64,000 nucleotides of DNA from Pseudomonas aeruginosa PAO1 (GTDB lineage: Bacteria > Pseudomonadota > Gammaproteobacteria > Pseudomonadales > Pseudomonadaceae): the NCBI RefSeq assembly GCF_000006765.1, contig NC_002516.2; one strand, 5' to 3'. The position numbers were made by a program, and so were the translations under genes. Within the stretch, counting starts at the first letter, position 1, and the number at the start of each line of letters is the position of its first letter. Of this stretch, positions 37,921-54,567 are shown piece after piece. The notes beneath the pieces were generated by a model. That model was not told the origin of the DNA. It saw only the letters and a program-made list of their open reading frames with translations, and made no database searches.

Positions 37921-38880
37921 TCACTCGGGCAGTACGCCCTTCTCCTTGTAGAAGCGCTCGGCGCCGGGATGCAGCGGAATCGGCAGGTTCTTCGCCGCCT
38001 TGTCCAGGGCGATGTCCTTGGCGGCAGCATGGGCGGTGACCAGGCGCGGCAGGTTGTCGAACATCAGCTTGGTCATCTGGTAGGCCAGCTCGTCGCTGAC
38101 CCCGGAGTGGCTGACCAGGATATTGTCGATCGCCACCGTCGGCACGTCCTGCTCCTGGCCGTCGTAGGTGCCGGCGGGAATGCTCGCGGCGTGGTAGGCC
38201 GGGCTGTCGATCTTCGCCACCACGTCCGCCGGGATCGCGACGAAGGTGATCGGCATGGTCGAGGCCAGGTCGCGGATGGCCGCCATGCCCAGGCCGGAGG
38301 ATTGCAGCGTAGCGTCGAGCTGGCGGTTCTTGATCAGCTCCACCGACTCGGCGTAGGGCAGGTACTCCACCTTGCCCATGTCCTCGTAGCTCAGGCCGGC
38401 AGCCTTGAAGATCGCCCGGGCGTTCAGCTCGGTACCGCTCTTGGGCGCGCCCACCGAAATGCGCTTGCCTTTCAGGTCGGCCAGGGTCTTGATGCCCGAG
38501 GCTTGGCTGGCCACTACCTGGATATAGTTCGGATAGGTATTGCCGATAGCCCGCAGCTTCTTCAACGGCGCCTTGAAGCCGGCGTCGGCGACCCCGTTCC
38601 AGGCGTCGGCGACCGAGTCGCCCAGCGCCAGCGCCAGTTCTCCACGCCCGGCCTGCAACAGGTTGAGGTTCTCGACCGAAGCCTTGGTGGCCTGCACCGA
38701 GGTTTTCGCGCCCTGGATATCGTGCCCGTAGATCTGCGAGAGGCCGACCCCTATGGGGTAATAGACCCCGCTGGTGCCGCCGGTGAGGATATTGATGAAG
38801 GTCGGCGCGGCAAAGACCGAGGTACTGAAGGTCACCGTTGCGGCAAGCGTGAAAAGACCGAAGCGTCTGCTCAGCGACAT
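37921..38880 (-). CDS. TAXI-family TRAP substrate-binding protein (PA5545 ortholog)
   Basis: TGGTSGVYY, SVENL, SVGAPKSGT and IPLHPGA TAXI motifs. Confidence 0.92.
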   Translation of the reverse strand: MSLSRRFGLFTLAATVTFSTSVFAAPTFINILTGGTSGVYYPIGVGLSQIYGHDIQGAKTSVQATKASVENLNLLQAGRGELALALGDSVADAWNGVADAGFKAPLKKLRAIGNTYPNYIQVVASQASGIKTLADLKGKRISVGAPKSGTELNARAIFKAAGLSYEDMGKVEYLPYAESVELIKNRQLDATLQSSGLGMAAIRDLASTMPITFVAIPADVVAKIDSPAYHAASIPAGTYDGQEQDVPTVAIDNILVSHSGVSDELAYQMTKLMFDNLPRLVTAHAAAKDIALDKAAKNLPIPLHPGAERFYKEKGVLPE

Positions 38881-39043
38881 GGGAAGTCTCCTGTTCTTAT
38901 CGTTGTTGTCGCGCTGTCGCGGAAGCGTCCCGGCTTCCTTCGACCGCGCAGGACTTCGTGCAGACTAGACCGCCCCGCCACGCAGGACAATCAGCAAGGA
39001 CCGATTGCGCGACCGGCTCCGCAAGGGAGCCGGTCGCCGGCGT

Positions 39044-40228
39044 TCAGGCGTACAGGTCGCGCCGCGACCAGGGCAGCTCGTGGGAGCCATCCTCGTGGGG
39101 GCGAATGGCGAGGATCTGGTGCAGGTTGATCCAGCCGCGCTTGAAGCCGTAGGCGCATCCGGCCAGGTACAGCCGCCAGATCCGCAAGGTTTCCTCGGGC
39201 ACCAGGCGAGCCGCCTCCTTCAGCCTGGCTTCCAGGTTGGCGCTCCAGAAGTCCAGGGTCCGGGCGTAGTGCAGACGCAGGCTTTCCACGTCGACTACTT
39301 CCAGCCCGGCTTCGCTCATCCGCGCCACCGCCAGCGACAGGTGCGGCAGCTCGCCGTGGGGAAACACGTAGCGATCGATGAAGTCGCCGGCCCCCTTGCC
39401 AACCGGGCGGCCGTCGGTGTAGCGCGAGGTGATGCCGTGGTTCATCACCAGGCCGCCGGGACGCACCGCCTCGTACAGTTGCTGGAAGTACAGCCCCAGG
39501 TTGGCGTGCCCGACGTGCTCGAACATGCCGACGCTGACCACCTTGTCGAAGCGGCCATCGCGCGGCAGGTCGCGGTAATCCAGCAGCTTGAGGGTGACTC
39601 GGTCCTCCAGGCCTTCGGCCTTGACTCGCTCCCGGCCGAGCGCCAGCTGCTCCTTGCTCAATGTGATGCCGGTGACCTCGACGCCGAACTCGCGAGCGGC
39701 CAGGCGCGCCAGCCCTCCCCAACCGCAACCGACATCGAGCAGCTTCTCGCCCGGCTGCAAACGCAGCTTGCGGCACAGGTGACGGAGCTTGGCCAGTTGC
39801 GCGGTGGCGAGGTCTTCCTTGCCGGTCTCGAAATAAGCGCAGGAATAGACCATTTCCGGATCCAGCCAGAGCTGGTAGAAGTCGTTGGACAGGTCGTAGT
39901 GGTAATGGATGGCTTCGGCGTCTGTGTCCTTGTCGTGGCTTTCGCGAACCGGCGGCGCGCCGCCATCGGGTTCGCCGAGCGCTTCGCTGAGGGCATCGCC
40001 GATACCGATGACCTGGCTGATCGGTCCTTCGATGTCGAGACGCTTCTCGACGTAGGCCTTGCCCAGCGCATCGAGGCTGGGATGGGTGATCTCGGTTAGC
40101 AGCGAGGGGTCGCGAATGACCATGGTTACCTGTGGATCCGGCCCCAGATCGAACGCCTGAGCATCGCCGATGCGGATCCGCAACGGCAGTTGCAGGGACA
40201 GCAACTCAGAGGGGAGCTGTGCAATCAT
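39044..40228 (-). CDS. cfaB: Cyclopropane-fatty-acyl-phospholipid synthase family SAM methyltransferase (PA5546 ortholog)
   Basis: IHYHYDLSNDFY, YSCAYF, LLDVGCGWGG, SVGMFEHVG and YVFPHGEL. Confidence 0.85.
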   Translation of the reverse strand: MIAQLPSELLSLQLPLRIRIGDAQAFDLGPDPQVTMVIRDPSLLTEITHPSLDALGKAYVEKRLDIEGPISQVIGIGDALSEALGEPDGGAPPVRESHDKDTDAEAIHYHYDLSNDFYQLWLDPEMVYSCAYFETGKEDLATAQLAKLRHLCRKLRLQPGEKLLDVGCGWGGLARLAAREFGVEVTGITLSKEQLALGRERVKAEGLEDRVTLKLLDYRDLPRDGRFDKVVSVGMFEHVGHANLGLYFQQLYEAVRPGGLVMNHGITSRYTDGRPVGKGAGDFIDRYVFPHGELPHLSLAVARMSEAGLEVVDVESLRLHYARTLDFWSANLEARLKEAARLVPEETLRIWRLYLAGCAYGFKRGWINLHQILAIRPHEDGSHELPWSRRDLYA

Positions 40229-40459
40229 GCCAAACCTCCTGGTCACAAGACGGGAACACTATAGTCCAGTACCTGATAGAGTTTTGCTATCGACTACTTA
40301 GCCTCCTATCTATCGATGCAAAACCCCTGAGCACTCCGATTCAGGTTAGCAGCCAGTCTGCCCATGGATAGTTGACAGTTCTGATATACAAACTTTCCCT
40401 TGCTGCAATAACGGAATGACGCATACACCCTGTCAAAGGAAGCGGAAGCGACATAAGGA

Positions 40460-41089
40460 ATGCCGATGAACGAGACCGTATCCCTCGAAACACGCGAAGT
40501 ACGCTTTCTCTCCGTGTTCGACTTCGACGGTACCCTGACATACCGAGACAGCTTCGTGCCCTTCCTGCGTTTCGCCTTCGGCAACCGGGTGTTCGTCCGC
40601 CGCATGCTGCGCATGGCAGGACCCAGCCTGGCCTATCTCTGCCGGCGTATCGACCGCGACGACCTGAAGGCGCGCCTGATCGCCACCTTCCTCACCGATG
40701 TGCCCGTACATGTGCTGGAAGAGCGGGCGCTGGCCTACCAGAACCGCTTCTGGGAAACACTGATGCGTCCCCACGCATTGACCGCGGTGGCCGACCAGGT
40801 CAGCAGCGGCAGCACCGTGACCATCTGTTCCGCCTCCCCTTCGCTGCTACTCAGGCCGTTCGCCGAGAAGCTCGGCGTGCACCTGATCGCCACCGAGCTG
40901 GAAGTGGTAGACGGCGTACTGACCGGCAGGATCGTCGGCCGCAACTGCCGGCGCGACGAGAAAGTCTGCCGCCTGGAGCGGCACTACGGTCCGCTGACCC
41001 AATACTCCCTGCGCGCCTGGGGCGACTCGCGCGGCGATACGGAACTGCTGGCGGCGGCGCTGGAGCGCTTCTGGAAACCGTTCCGCTGA
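40460..41089 (+). CDS. HAD-IB family hydrolase (PA5547 ortholog)
   Basis: FDFDGTLT, CSAS and WGDSRGD HAD motifs. Confidence 0.88.
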   Translation: MPMNETVSLETREVRFLSVFDFDGTLTYRDSFVPFLRFAFGNRVFVRRMLRMAGPSLAYLCRRIDRDDLKARLIATFLTDVPVHVLEERALAYQNRFWETLMRPHALTAVADQVSSGSTVTICSASPSLLLRPFAEKLGVHLIATELEVVDGVLTGRIVGRNCRRDEKVCRLERHYGPLTQYSLRAWGDSRGDTELLAAALERFWKPFR

Positions 41090-41446
41090 CCGGTTGCCGG
41101 ACATGGTCTGATCCGAGTATCAATCCAAAGTGGGAGCGAACGTCGCCATATCCGGCAGGAGTGCAAAATTCGGCTAACGTTCCGGTAGGATAGTTTCTCC
41201 AGCACTCCCGAGCCCCGAGCGGATTCCGGGGAGAGCCGCTTGAGGCGATACGCCGAAGCCTTCTTCGAAATCGTGCACTGGCCCCCAGAATCTCCCTCCG
41301 TTCTCTTCTTTTCTCCCCGCCGTTCCTGCATCAACCAAACAGCCATGCCCTCCATAGCCCGAGCGGTTCATCCCTGACCCTGGCGCCGGCTCCACGAGCC
41401 GGCGCCCCCTTGGCGTTCGTCCGCTCATTCAGCCAAAGAGAACATC

Positions 41447-42652
41447 ATGAACCAGAAAATTTCCCCGCCTTCACAGAAGCTCGACGGCCTGTTCCTGCTG
41501 GCCCTGTCGATGGCCGTATTCTTCGTCGGCGTGACCGAGTTCATGCTGTCCTCCATGCTCGGGCCGCTGGCGCAGGCGTTCCACACCACTACCAGCGGCG
41601 CCGCTTGGCTGATCTCCAGCTACGCGTTCTCCTATGCGATCGCCGCGCCGTTGCTGGGCTACTTCTCCGACCGCATGCAACGCAGGAAGCTGCTGCTGCT
41701 CGCCCTGGTCCTCTTCGCGGTCGATACTCTGGCCATCGTCATCGCCCCGACCCTGGAAATTGCCGTCGTCCTGCGGGTGATCGGGGGCATCGCCTCGGCA
41801 ATCATCATCCCGACCACCTTCGCCCTGGTCGCGGAGGTGGTCGCCCCGCAAAGACAGGCCGGTGCCATGGGCCAGGTGATGCTCGGCATGACCCTCGGCA
41901 TTGCCGCCGGCCCGGCACTGGCCGGCCTCCTCTCGGACTTCTTCGGCTGGGCGGCGCCCTTCCTGTTGGTCTCGTGCGGTTGCGTGCTGGTCTTCCTGAT
42001 GGCACGCCAGCGCCTTCCCGTGCAAGCCGTGGCACCGCGCGCCGAGGGCCATGCGCTGGGCTGGTGCAGGCAATGGAGCATCCTCAGGCCACTGATCGCC
42101 AAGGGTGCCTGGAACGGCACCGGGGTCGCCGGCCTGCTTCTCTCGGGAGAGGTGCTGCGCCAGCGCTACGGCTTCAGCACCGCGCAGATAGGCGTCAGCA
42201 TCGCCGCCTTCGGCGTGGGCCTGGCCGTGGGCAACCTCGCCGCGGGTTACCTGCGACGTTATCTGAAGCGCGACGAAGACATGCTCCTGCTGGTGCTGGC
42301 GCTCCTGGTGTTATCGATGTCGACCTTCATGCTCCTGCCGCTACCGTTACCCGTGGCGCTCTGCTGCCTGGGCGCCTGGGGCGCCGCGCTGGGCCTGGGC
42401 GCGCCGGCGGGCACGGTGGTACTCGCCTCGCGCTCCGGGCCGGACAAGGGCATGGTGCTGTCGTTCGCCGAGACGTTCAACAACATCGCCATTCTCGCCA
42501 GCGTGCCCCTGGCTGTGCGACTGCTGGAGCTGAAGGGGCCGCCCGCCACCCTGTGGGTATTGGGCATCGGCCTGGGCATCGGCGCCTGGTTCACCGTGCT
42601 GGACTGGTTCGCCAGCCGCAGGAGCAACGAAGCGCTGCCGTTGCGCGATTGA
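41447..42652 (+). CDS. MFS transporter, DHA1/NepI-like (PA5548 ortholog)
   Basis: FFVGVTEF and LLGYFSDRMQRRK (motif A), 12 TM segments. Confidence 0.88.
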   Translation: MNQKISPPSQKLDGLFLLALSMAVFFVGVTEFMLSSMLGPLAQAFHTTTSGAAWLISSYAFSYAIAAPLLGYFSDRMQRRKLLLLALVLFAVDTLAIVIAPTLEIAVVLRVIGGIASAIIIPTTFALVAEVVAPQRQAGAMGQVMLGMTLGIAAGPALAGLLSDFFGWAAPFLLVSCGCVLVFLMARQRLPVQAVAPRAEGHALGWCRQWSILRPLIAKGAWNGTGVAGLLLSGEVLRQRYGFSTAQIGVSIAAFGVGLAVGNLAAGYLRRYLKRDEDMLLLVLALLVLSMSTFMLLPLPLPVALCCLGAWGAALGLGAPAGTVVLASRSGPDKGMVLSFAETFNNIAILASVPLAVRLLELKGPPATLWVLGIGLGIGAWFTVLDWFASRRSNEALPLRD

Positions 42653-42660
42653 CAGCGAGC

Positions 42661-42685
42661 GCCGGGGCCGCATGCCTGCCCCGGC
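42661..42685. terminator. GC-rich hairpin between the convergent MFS gene and glmS
   Basis: GCCGGGGC...GCCCCGGC stem with a weak T tail. Confidence 0.45.
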
Positions 42686-42706
42686 TTCTCGGGCACGCGG
42701 CCGGCG

Positions 42707-44542
<1,836 letters not shown>

Positions 44543-44557
44543 GGGGTCTTTCTCCTT

Positions 44558-45331
44558 TCAGGCCTCGACCGGGGTGCAGATCAGCGTGACGCCCCGGGCG
44601 GTTATCTGTTCGCGCGCGGAAGATTCCAGGCGCTCGTCGGTAATCAGGGTATGGATGCTGCTCCAGGGCAATTCCTGGTTGGGAATGCGCCGACCGACCT
44701 TGTCGGCCTCGGCCATGACGATCACCTCGCGGGCGACCTCGGCCATCACCCGGCTCAGGCCCAGCAATTCGTTGAACGTGGTCGTCCCGCGTTCGAGATC
44801 GATGCCGTCGGCACCGATGAATAGTTGGTCGAAGTCATAGGAACGCAGCACCTGCTCGGCAACCTGCCCCTGGAACGACTCGGAATGCGGATCCCAGGTC
44901 CCCCCGGTCATCAGCAGCACCGGCTCGTGCTCCAGTTCGCGCAGGGCGTTGACCACGTTCAGCGAGTTGGTCATCACCACCAGGCCCGGCTTGTGCCCGA
45001 GTTCGGGGATCATCGCCGCGGTGGTGCTGCCACTGTCGATGATGATCCGCGCATGCTCGCGGATGCGCGCCGCGGCGGCGCGACCGATAGCCTGCTTGTA
45101 GGGCGAGACGGGCTGCGCAGCTTCACCGATCAGTTCCTGCGGCATCGGCACCGCACCGCCGTAGCGACGCAACAGCAGGCCGTGGCTTTCCATGGCGGCG
45201 AGGTCCTTGCGGATGGTCACTTCCGAGGTGGAAAAGCGCTTGGCGAGTGCGTCCACGCTGACCTCGCCCTGCTCGGAAAGCAGCGCGAGGATGGCATGGC
45301 GACGTTGCGGCGTATTACGTTTCGAGATCAC
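44558..45331 (-). CDS. glmR: DeoR-family regulator GlmR
   Basis: SEVTIRKDL HTH, IDSGSTT and MTNSL. Directly upstream of glmS. Confidence 0.9.
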   Translation of the reverse strand: MISKRNTPQRRHAILALLSEQGEVSVDALAKRFSTSEVTIRKDLAAMESHGLLLRRYGGAVPMPQELIGEAAQPVSPYKQAIGRAAAARIREHARIIIDSGSTTAAMIPELGHKPGLVVMTNSLNVVNALRELEHEPVLLMTGGTWDPHSESFQGQVAEQVLRSYDFDQLFIGADGIDLERGTTTFNELLGLSRVMAEVAREVIVMAEADKVGRRIPNQELPWSSIHTLITDERLESSAREQITARGVTLICTPVEA

Positions 45332-45398
45332 TTAAGTTTCGTTTCGAAAGAAAAGTGTGCGAATCAAAACTTATCCGGCGCTTCCCGTCAATGACTTT

Positions 45399-45908
45399 TC
45401 ATCGGCTCGGCAGTACCGTATCGGGATCGAGGTAGAACATCTTCTTCCAACCCTGGGTGCTGTCGTCGGCCAGCCAGGGATAGGGCAGCAAGGTGATGAT
45501 CGCGTAGTGCAGGTGGGCCGGCTTGCCGCGCGCGTTGCCGGTGGTGCCGACCGTACCCAGGCGGGAACCGGCAAGGACCGGCTGGCCCGGATAGGCGTCG
45601 AGGCTATCGAGATGGGCGTAGTAATGCAGGCGCCACTTGGGCGCCAGCACCAGGACGACCTTGCCGCCGAGGGCGATCTCCCCGCGATAGAGCACCAGGC
45701 CGTAGCTGGCGGAGCGTACGGGGGTGCCGCTGCGGGCGAAGATGTCGATGCCCTTGTGCACTCCGGAGCGCCCCCAGGGCTCGAACCAGAAGGTTCGCGG
45801 ATTCCAGTCGCGGGCACTGGCGCCTTCGACGGGTATCCGCGGCCATTCGGGCAGCACCGCCCAGGCTATGAGCAGCCCCAGCACGATCCGTTTCGCAGGC
45901 TTCGGCAT
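45399..45908 (-). CDS. M23-family metallopeptidase (PA5551 ortholog)
   Basis: HKGID (HxxxD), YAHL and AHLHY (HxH). N-terminal hydrophobic anchor. Confidence 0.85.
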   Translation of the reverse strand: MPKPAKRIVLGLLIAWAVLPEWPRIPVEGASARDWNPRTFWFEPWGRSGVHKGIDIFARSGTPVRSASYGLVLYRGEIALGGKVVLVLAPKWRLHYYAHLDSLDAYPGQPVLAGSRLGTVGTTGNARGKPAHLHYAIITLLPYPWLADDSTQGWKKMFYLDPDTVLPSR

Positions 45909-45921
45909 CCGTGCCGCTCCG

Positions 45922-47286
45922 TTACTTCTTGATTTTTTCCGGGCGCTTCCAGTTTTCCAGGTTCTTCTGCCGGGCGCGGCCGAAGGCCAGGTTCTTCGCC
46001 GGAACCTCATGGGTGATGGTGGAGCCGGCCGCGGTCGTCGCGCCATCGCCGATCTTCAGCGGCGCCACCAGCGAGTTGTTCGAGCCGATGAACACATCAT
46101 CGCCCAGCTCGGTGCGGAACTTGTTCGCGCCATCGTAGTTGCAGGTGATGGTGCCGGCGCCGATGTTGCAGTTGGCGCCCAGCTCGGCATCGCCCAGGTA
46201 GCTCAGGTGGCCGGCCTTGCTCCCCTCGCCCAGGCGGGCATTCTTCAGTTCGACGAAGTTGCCGACATGGGCCCGAGCGCCGAGCACACTGCCCGGACGC
46301 AGGCGGGCGAACGGACCGGCATCGCTACCCTCGCCCAGCTCCGCGCCTTCCAGGTGGCTGTTGGCCTTGATCACCGCGCCACGCCGCAGGACGCTGTCGC
46401 GAATCACGCAGTTCGGTCCGATGCGCACGTCGTCCTCGATCACCACGCGGCCTTCCAGCACCACATTGACGTCGATCAGCACGTCGCGGCCGACCGAGAT
46501 TTCGCCACGGACATCCAGGCGCTGCGGATCGAGCAGGGTCACGCCCTGGCGCATCAGCTCCTCTGCGCGCAGGCGCTGGTAGTGACGCTCCAGCTGGGCC
46601 TGTTGCATGCGGTCATTGACGCCCTGCACTTCCATCGCGTCCAGCGGTTGGGCGCTGGCCACCACCAGGCCGTCGCCGACCGCCATGGCGATCACGTCGG
46701 TCAGGTAGTACTCGCCCTGGGCGTTGTCGTTGGACAGGCGGCCGAGCCAGTCGGCAAGGCGCTTGCCCGGCACCGCGAGGATGCCGGTGTTGATCTCGCC
46801 GATCTGGCGCTGCGCCGGGGTCGCGTCCTTGTGCTCGACGATGGCCTGCACCGCGCCCTGGTCGTCACGGACGATGCGGCCGTAGCCGGTGGGGTCGAGC
46901 ATGTCGACGGTGAGCAACGACAACTGGTCCGGGGTGACTTGCGCCAGCAGGCGCTGCAAGGTGTCCAGCTGGATCAGCGGCACGTCGCCGTAGAGGATCA
47001 GCACCTGGTCTGCACTGAGGAACGGCAGGGCCTGGGCCACCGCATGGCCCGTACCGAGCTGTTCGGCCTGGAGCACGAAATTCAGGTCGTCGGCGGCCAT
47101 CCGCTCACGCACCAGATCCGCGCCGTGGCCGATCACCACGTGGATCCGTTCCGGCTGCAACTGGCGCGCGCAGTCGATGACGTGGCCGAGCATCGGCTTG
47201 CCGGCAATGGGATGGAGGACCTTGGGCAGGGCCGAACGCATGCGGGTGCCCTGGCCGGCGGCGAGAATCACGATTTCAAGGGACAT
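45922..47286 (-). CDS. glmU: Bifunctional UDP-GlcNAc pyrophosphorylase/acetyltransferase
   Basis: [17 protein letters not shown] and hexapeptide repeats. Confidence 0.98.
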   Translation of the reverse strand: MSLEIVILAAGQGTRMRSALPKVLHPIAGKPMLGHVIDCARQLQPERIHVVIGHGADLVRERMAADDLNFVLQAEQLGTGHAVAQALPFLSADQVLILYGDVPLIQLDTLQRLLAQVTPDQLSLLTVDMLDPTGYGRIVRDDQGAVQAIVEHKDATPAQRQIGEINTGILAVPGKRLADWLGRLSNDNAQGEYYLTDVIAMAVGDGLVVASAQPLDAMEVQGVNDRMQQAQLERHYQRLRAEELMRQGVTLLDPQRLDVRGEISVGRDVLIDVNVVLEGRVVIEDDVRIGPNCVIRDSVLRRGAVIKANSHLEGAELGEGSDAGPFARLRPGSVLGARAHVGNFVELKNARLGEGSKAGHLSYLGDAELGANCNIGAGTITCNYDGANKFRTELGDDVFIGSNNSLVAPLKIGDGATTAAGSTITHEVPAKNLAFGRARQKNLENWKRPEKIKK

Positions 47287-47347
47287 GGACTGGACTACCG
47301 TTCCTGGTGGTCACAGGCAAAACCTGTGAGTGAAGATGCAAAACGAA

Positions 47348-47375
47348 AAAAGGGTAGCCCACAGGCTACCCTTTT
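47348..47375. terminator. Bidirectional intrinsic terminator of the atp operon
   Basis: AAAAGGGTAGCC-CACA-GGCTACCCTTTT perfect 12-bp stem. Confidence 0.88.
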
Positions 47376-47406
47376 CCCTGACACCGCTAGAAGTACCGGC
47401 TGGAAA

Positions 47407-47832
47407 TCAGCCGCCGAACTTCTTGCGCAGTTGCTGGACGGTGCGCAGCTGGGCTGCGGCTTCGGCCAGACGCGCGGCAGCGGCGCTGTAGTCGAACTCG
47501 GCGCCCTTGCCCTGCAGCGCCTTTTCGGCAGCCTTCAGGGCTTCCTGGGCGGCCGCTTCGTCGAGGTCGCCGGCACGAACCACGGTGTCGGCGAGGACCT
47601 TGACCATGTTCGGCTGGACTTCGAGGAAACCGCCGGAGATGTAGTACACCTCCTGCTCGCCGCCCTGCTTGACCAGGCGGATAGGGCCCGGTTTCAGGTC
47701 GGTGATCAGCGGCGCGTGGCCCGGGGCGATACCCAGGTCACCCAGAGCGCCGTGCGCGATAACCATCTCGACCAGGCCGGAGAAGATCTCCGCCTCGGCG
47801 CTGACGATGTCGCAATGGACTGTTATGGCCAT
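47407..47832 (-). CDS. atpC: ATP synthase epsilon subunit
   Basis: [12 protein letters not shown] and GGFLEVQP. Confidence 0.97.
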
Positions 47833-47873
47833 ACGCTTGCCTCACATGAGCGCCCGTCGCCGGGCGCACAGGA

Positions 47874-49280
<1,407 letters not shown>

Positions 49281-50141
49281 TTACACCGCGGCAGCGCCGC
49301 CGACGATTTCCGAGATTTCCTGGGTGATCGCCGCCTGACGCGCCTTGTTGTAGATCAGCTGCAAATCGCTGATCAGCTCGCCGGCGTTGTCGGTAGCGTT
49401 CTTCATTGCAATCATCCGGGCCGCCTGCTCACAGGCGTTGTTCTCAACCACGGCCTGGTACACCTGGGATTCCACGTAACGCACCAGCAGCCCGTCGAGG
49501 AGCGACTTGGCGTCGGGTTCGTAGAGATAGTCCCAGTGGTGCTTCAGCTCCTGATCGTCATCGGCCACCAGCGGAATCAGCTGTTCCACGGTCGGCTTCT
49601 GGGTCATGGTGTTGACGAACTTGTTGGAGACCACGAACAGGCGATCGATACGGCCTTCGAGGTATGCGTCGAGCATCACCTTGACACTGCCGATCAGGTC
49701 GTTGATCGAAGGCTCTTCGCCGAGGTGGCTGATAGCTGCCACGACGTTGCCGCCGAAACTGCGGAAGAACGAAGCGCCCTTGCTACCGATCACGCAAAGG
49801 TCGATTTCCGCCCCTTGCTCGCGGTAGCCGCTCATGTCCTTGACGAGGGACTTGAACAGGTTGATGTTCAGACCGCCGCACAGACCACGGTCACTGCTCA
49901 CCACGATGTAGCCGACGCGCTTGACTTCACGCTCGACCATGAACGGGTGACGGTATTCCGGGTTGGCGTTGGCCAGATGGCCGATCACCTGGCGAATACG
50001 CTCCGCGTAGGGACGGCCGGCCGCCATGCGCATTTGTGCCTTGCGCATCTTGCTCACCGCCACTTTTTCCATGGCATTGGTGATCTTTTGCGTGCTTTTG
50101 ATGCTCGCAATCTTGCTGCGAATCTCTTTTGCGCCTGCCAT
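49281..50141 (-). CDS. atpG: ATP synthase gamma subunit
   Basis: KITNAM, SDRGLCG and [13 protein letters not shown]. Confidence 0.98.
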
Positions 50142-50191
50142 TTGACACCTATCGGGTTAGCAGGCGGGAGCCTCGCGGCTCCCGCTGCGGC

Positions 50192-51736
<1,545 letters not shown>

Positions 51737-51754
51737 GCCGCTGCCCCTTCAAAC

Positions 51755-52291
51755 TCAAGATTTCAACGCTTCGGCCAGTTTCGCGAGCTTGCCGCGCACC
51801 GAGCCATCGATTACCAAGTCACCGGCGCGAATGATCACGCCGCCGATCAGGCTCGCGTCTTCCGACGCATGTAGCCGCACTTCGCGACTGAGCCGGGCGC
51901 TGAGAGCCTTGGCGAGTTTGTCCTGCTGTTCTTTGCTCAAGGTGAAGGCACTGGTGACTTCTACCTCGACCGACTTTTCCTGCTCGGCCTTCAACTGCTC
52001 GTACATCTCAGCGATGGTCGGCAGCAGTTCGAGCCGCTTGTTCTCAGCCACAGTCCGGACGAAGTTCTGGGCTGGTGCATTCAGCTTGTCGCCGCACACA
52101 TCGATCAGGCTCTGGGCCTTGGCCGAAGAGGTCAGCTGAGGCTCTTTGAGCAGCTGGCGCACGGTGTCGTCCTGCGACACTGCGGCCAGCACACCCAGCG
52201 CAGCCGACCAATCGGCCAGTTGCTGATGAGCCTGGGCGTACTCGAAAGCCGCCTTTGCGTAGGGACGAGCCAACGTGGTCAGTTCTGCCAT
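51755..52291 (-). CDS. atpH: ATP synthase delta subunit
   Basis: [11 protein letters not shown] and [11 protein letters not shown]. Confidence 0.97.
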
Positions 52292-52302
52292 AGCGCCCTC
52301 GC

Positions 52303-52773
52303 TTAGATCTCGGCTGCCAGTTTGGAAACCAGCTGCTCGTGCGCGTTTGCGTCGATCGAAGCACCCAGGATCTTCTCTGCGCCGGTGACGGCCAGGGCAC
52401 CCACTTGGGCACGCAGGGCGTCCTTGACGCTGTTCAGTTCCTGTTCGATTTCCGCTTGGGCCTGGGCCTTCAGGCGTTCGCCTTCGGTACGGGCCTGGTC
52501 GCGGGCTTCATCGACGATCTGGTTAGCGCGTTTCTTCGCCTGTTCGACGATTTCGGCTGCCTGAGCCTTGGCTTCGCGCAGTTGCTGGCCCGCTTTCTCA
52601 TGAGCCAGCTCCAGATCACGAGCCGCGCGGTTGGCAGCGTCCAGGCCGTCAGCGATCTTCTTCTGACGCTCTTGCAGAGCCGCGATGACCGGAGGCCACA
52701 CGAACTTCATGCAGAACAGCACAAAGATGAAGAACGCAACGGACTGGCCAATCAGGGTTGCATTAATGTTCAC
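52303..52773 (-). CDS. atpF: ATP synthase b subunit
   Basis: [10 protein letters not shown] and KFVWPP, then a coiled coil. Confidence 0.97.
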
Positions 52774-52830
52774 GCCAACACCTCGCTCGTTCGTTGTCCG
52801 TCAAACACTCAAATCGAATGATTCGAGTGA

Positions 52831-54416
<1,586 letters not shown>

Positions 54417-54493
54417 CGCGCTCTCAGTCTTCTGGTGTCGGCACTGCCAAATCAACGACTTGGCATAAAAAGTGCCCACAAAATAGCGCGCAG

Positions 54494-54522
54494 AGTATAG
54501 GGGGGGAGTCCCCCCTGTTCAA
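54494..54522 (-). promoter_or_regulatory. Sigma-70 promoter of the atp operon
   Basis: Minus strand TTGAAC-17 bp-TATACT, about 80 bp upstream of atpI. Confidence 0.75.
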
Positions 54523-54567
54523 CTGGCTGGTAGTGATTTCCGACTACCCGCTACAACCCAAAGTGTG

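Noticed and set aside
40229-40459. AT-rich divergent region with a TTGACA and a GATAG-N7-CTATC inverted repeat
   Set aside because: There is no correctly spaced -10 element and the repeat is short. It looks like an ordinary promoter region, not evidence of foreign DNA.
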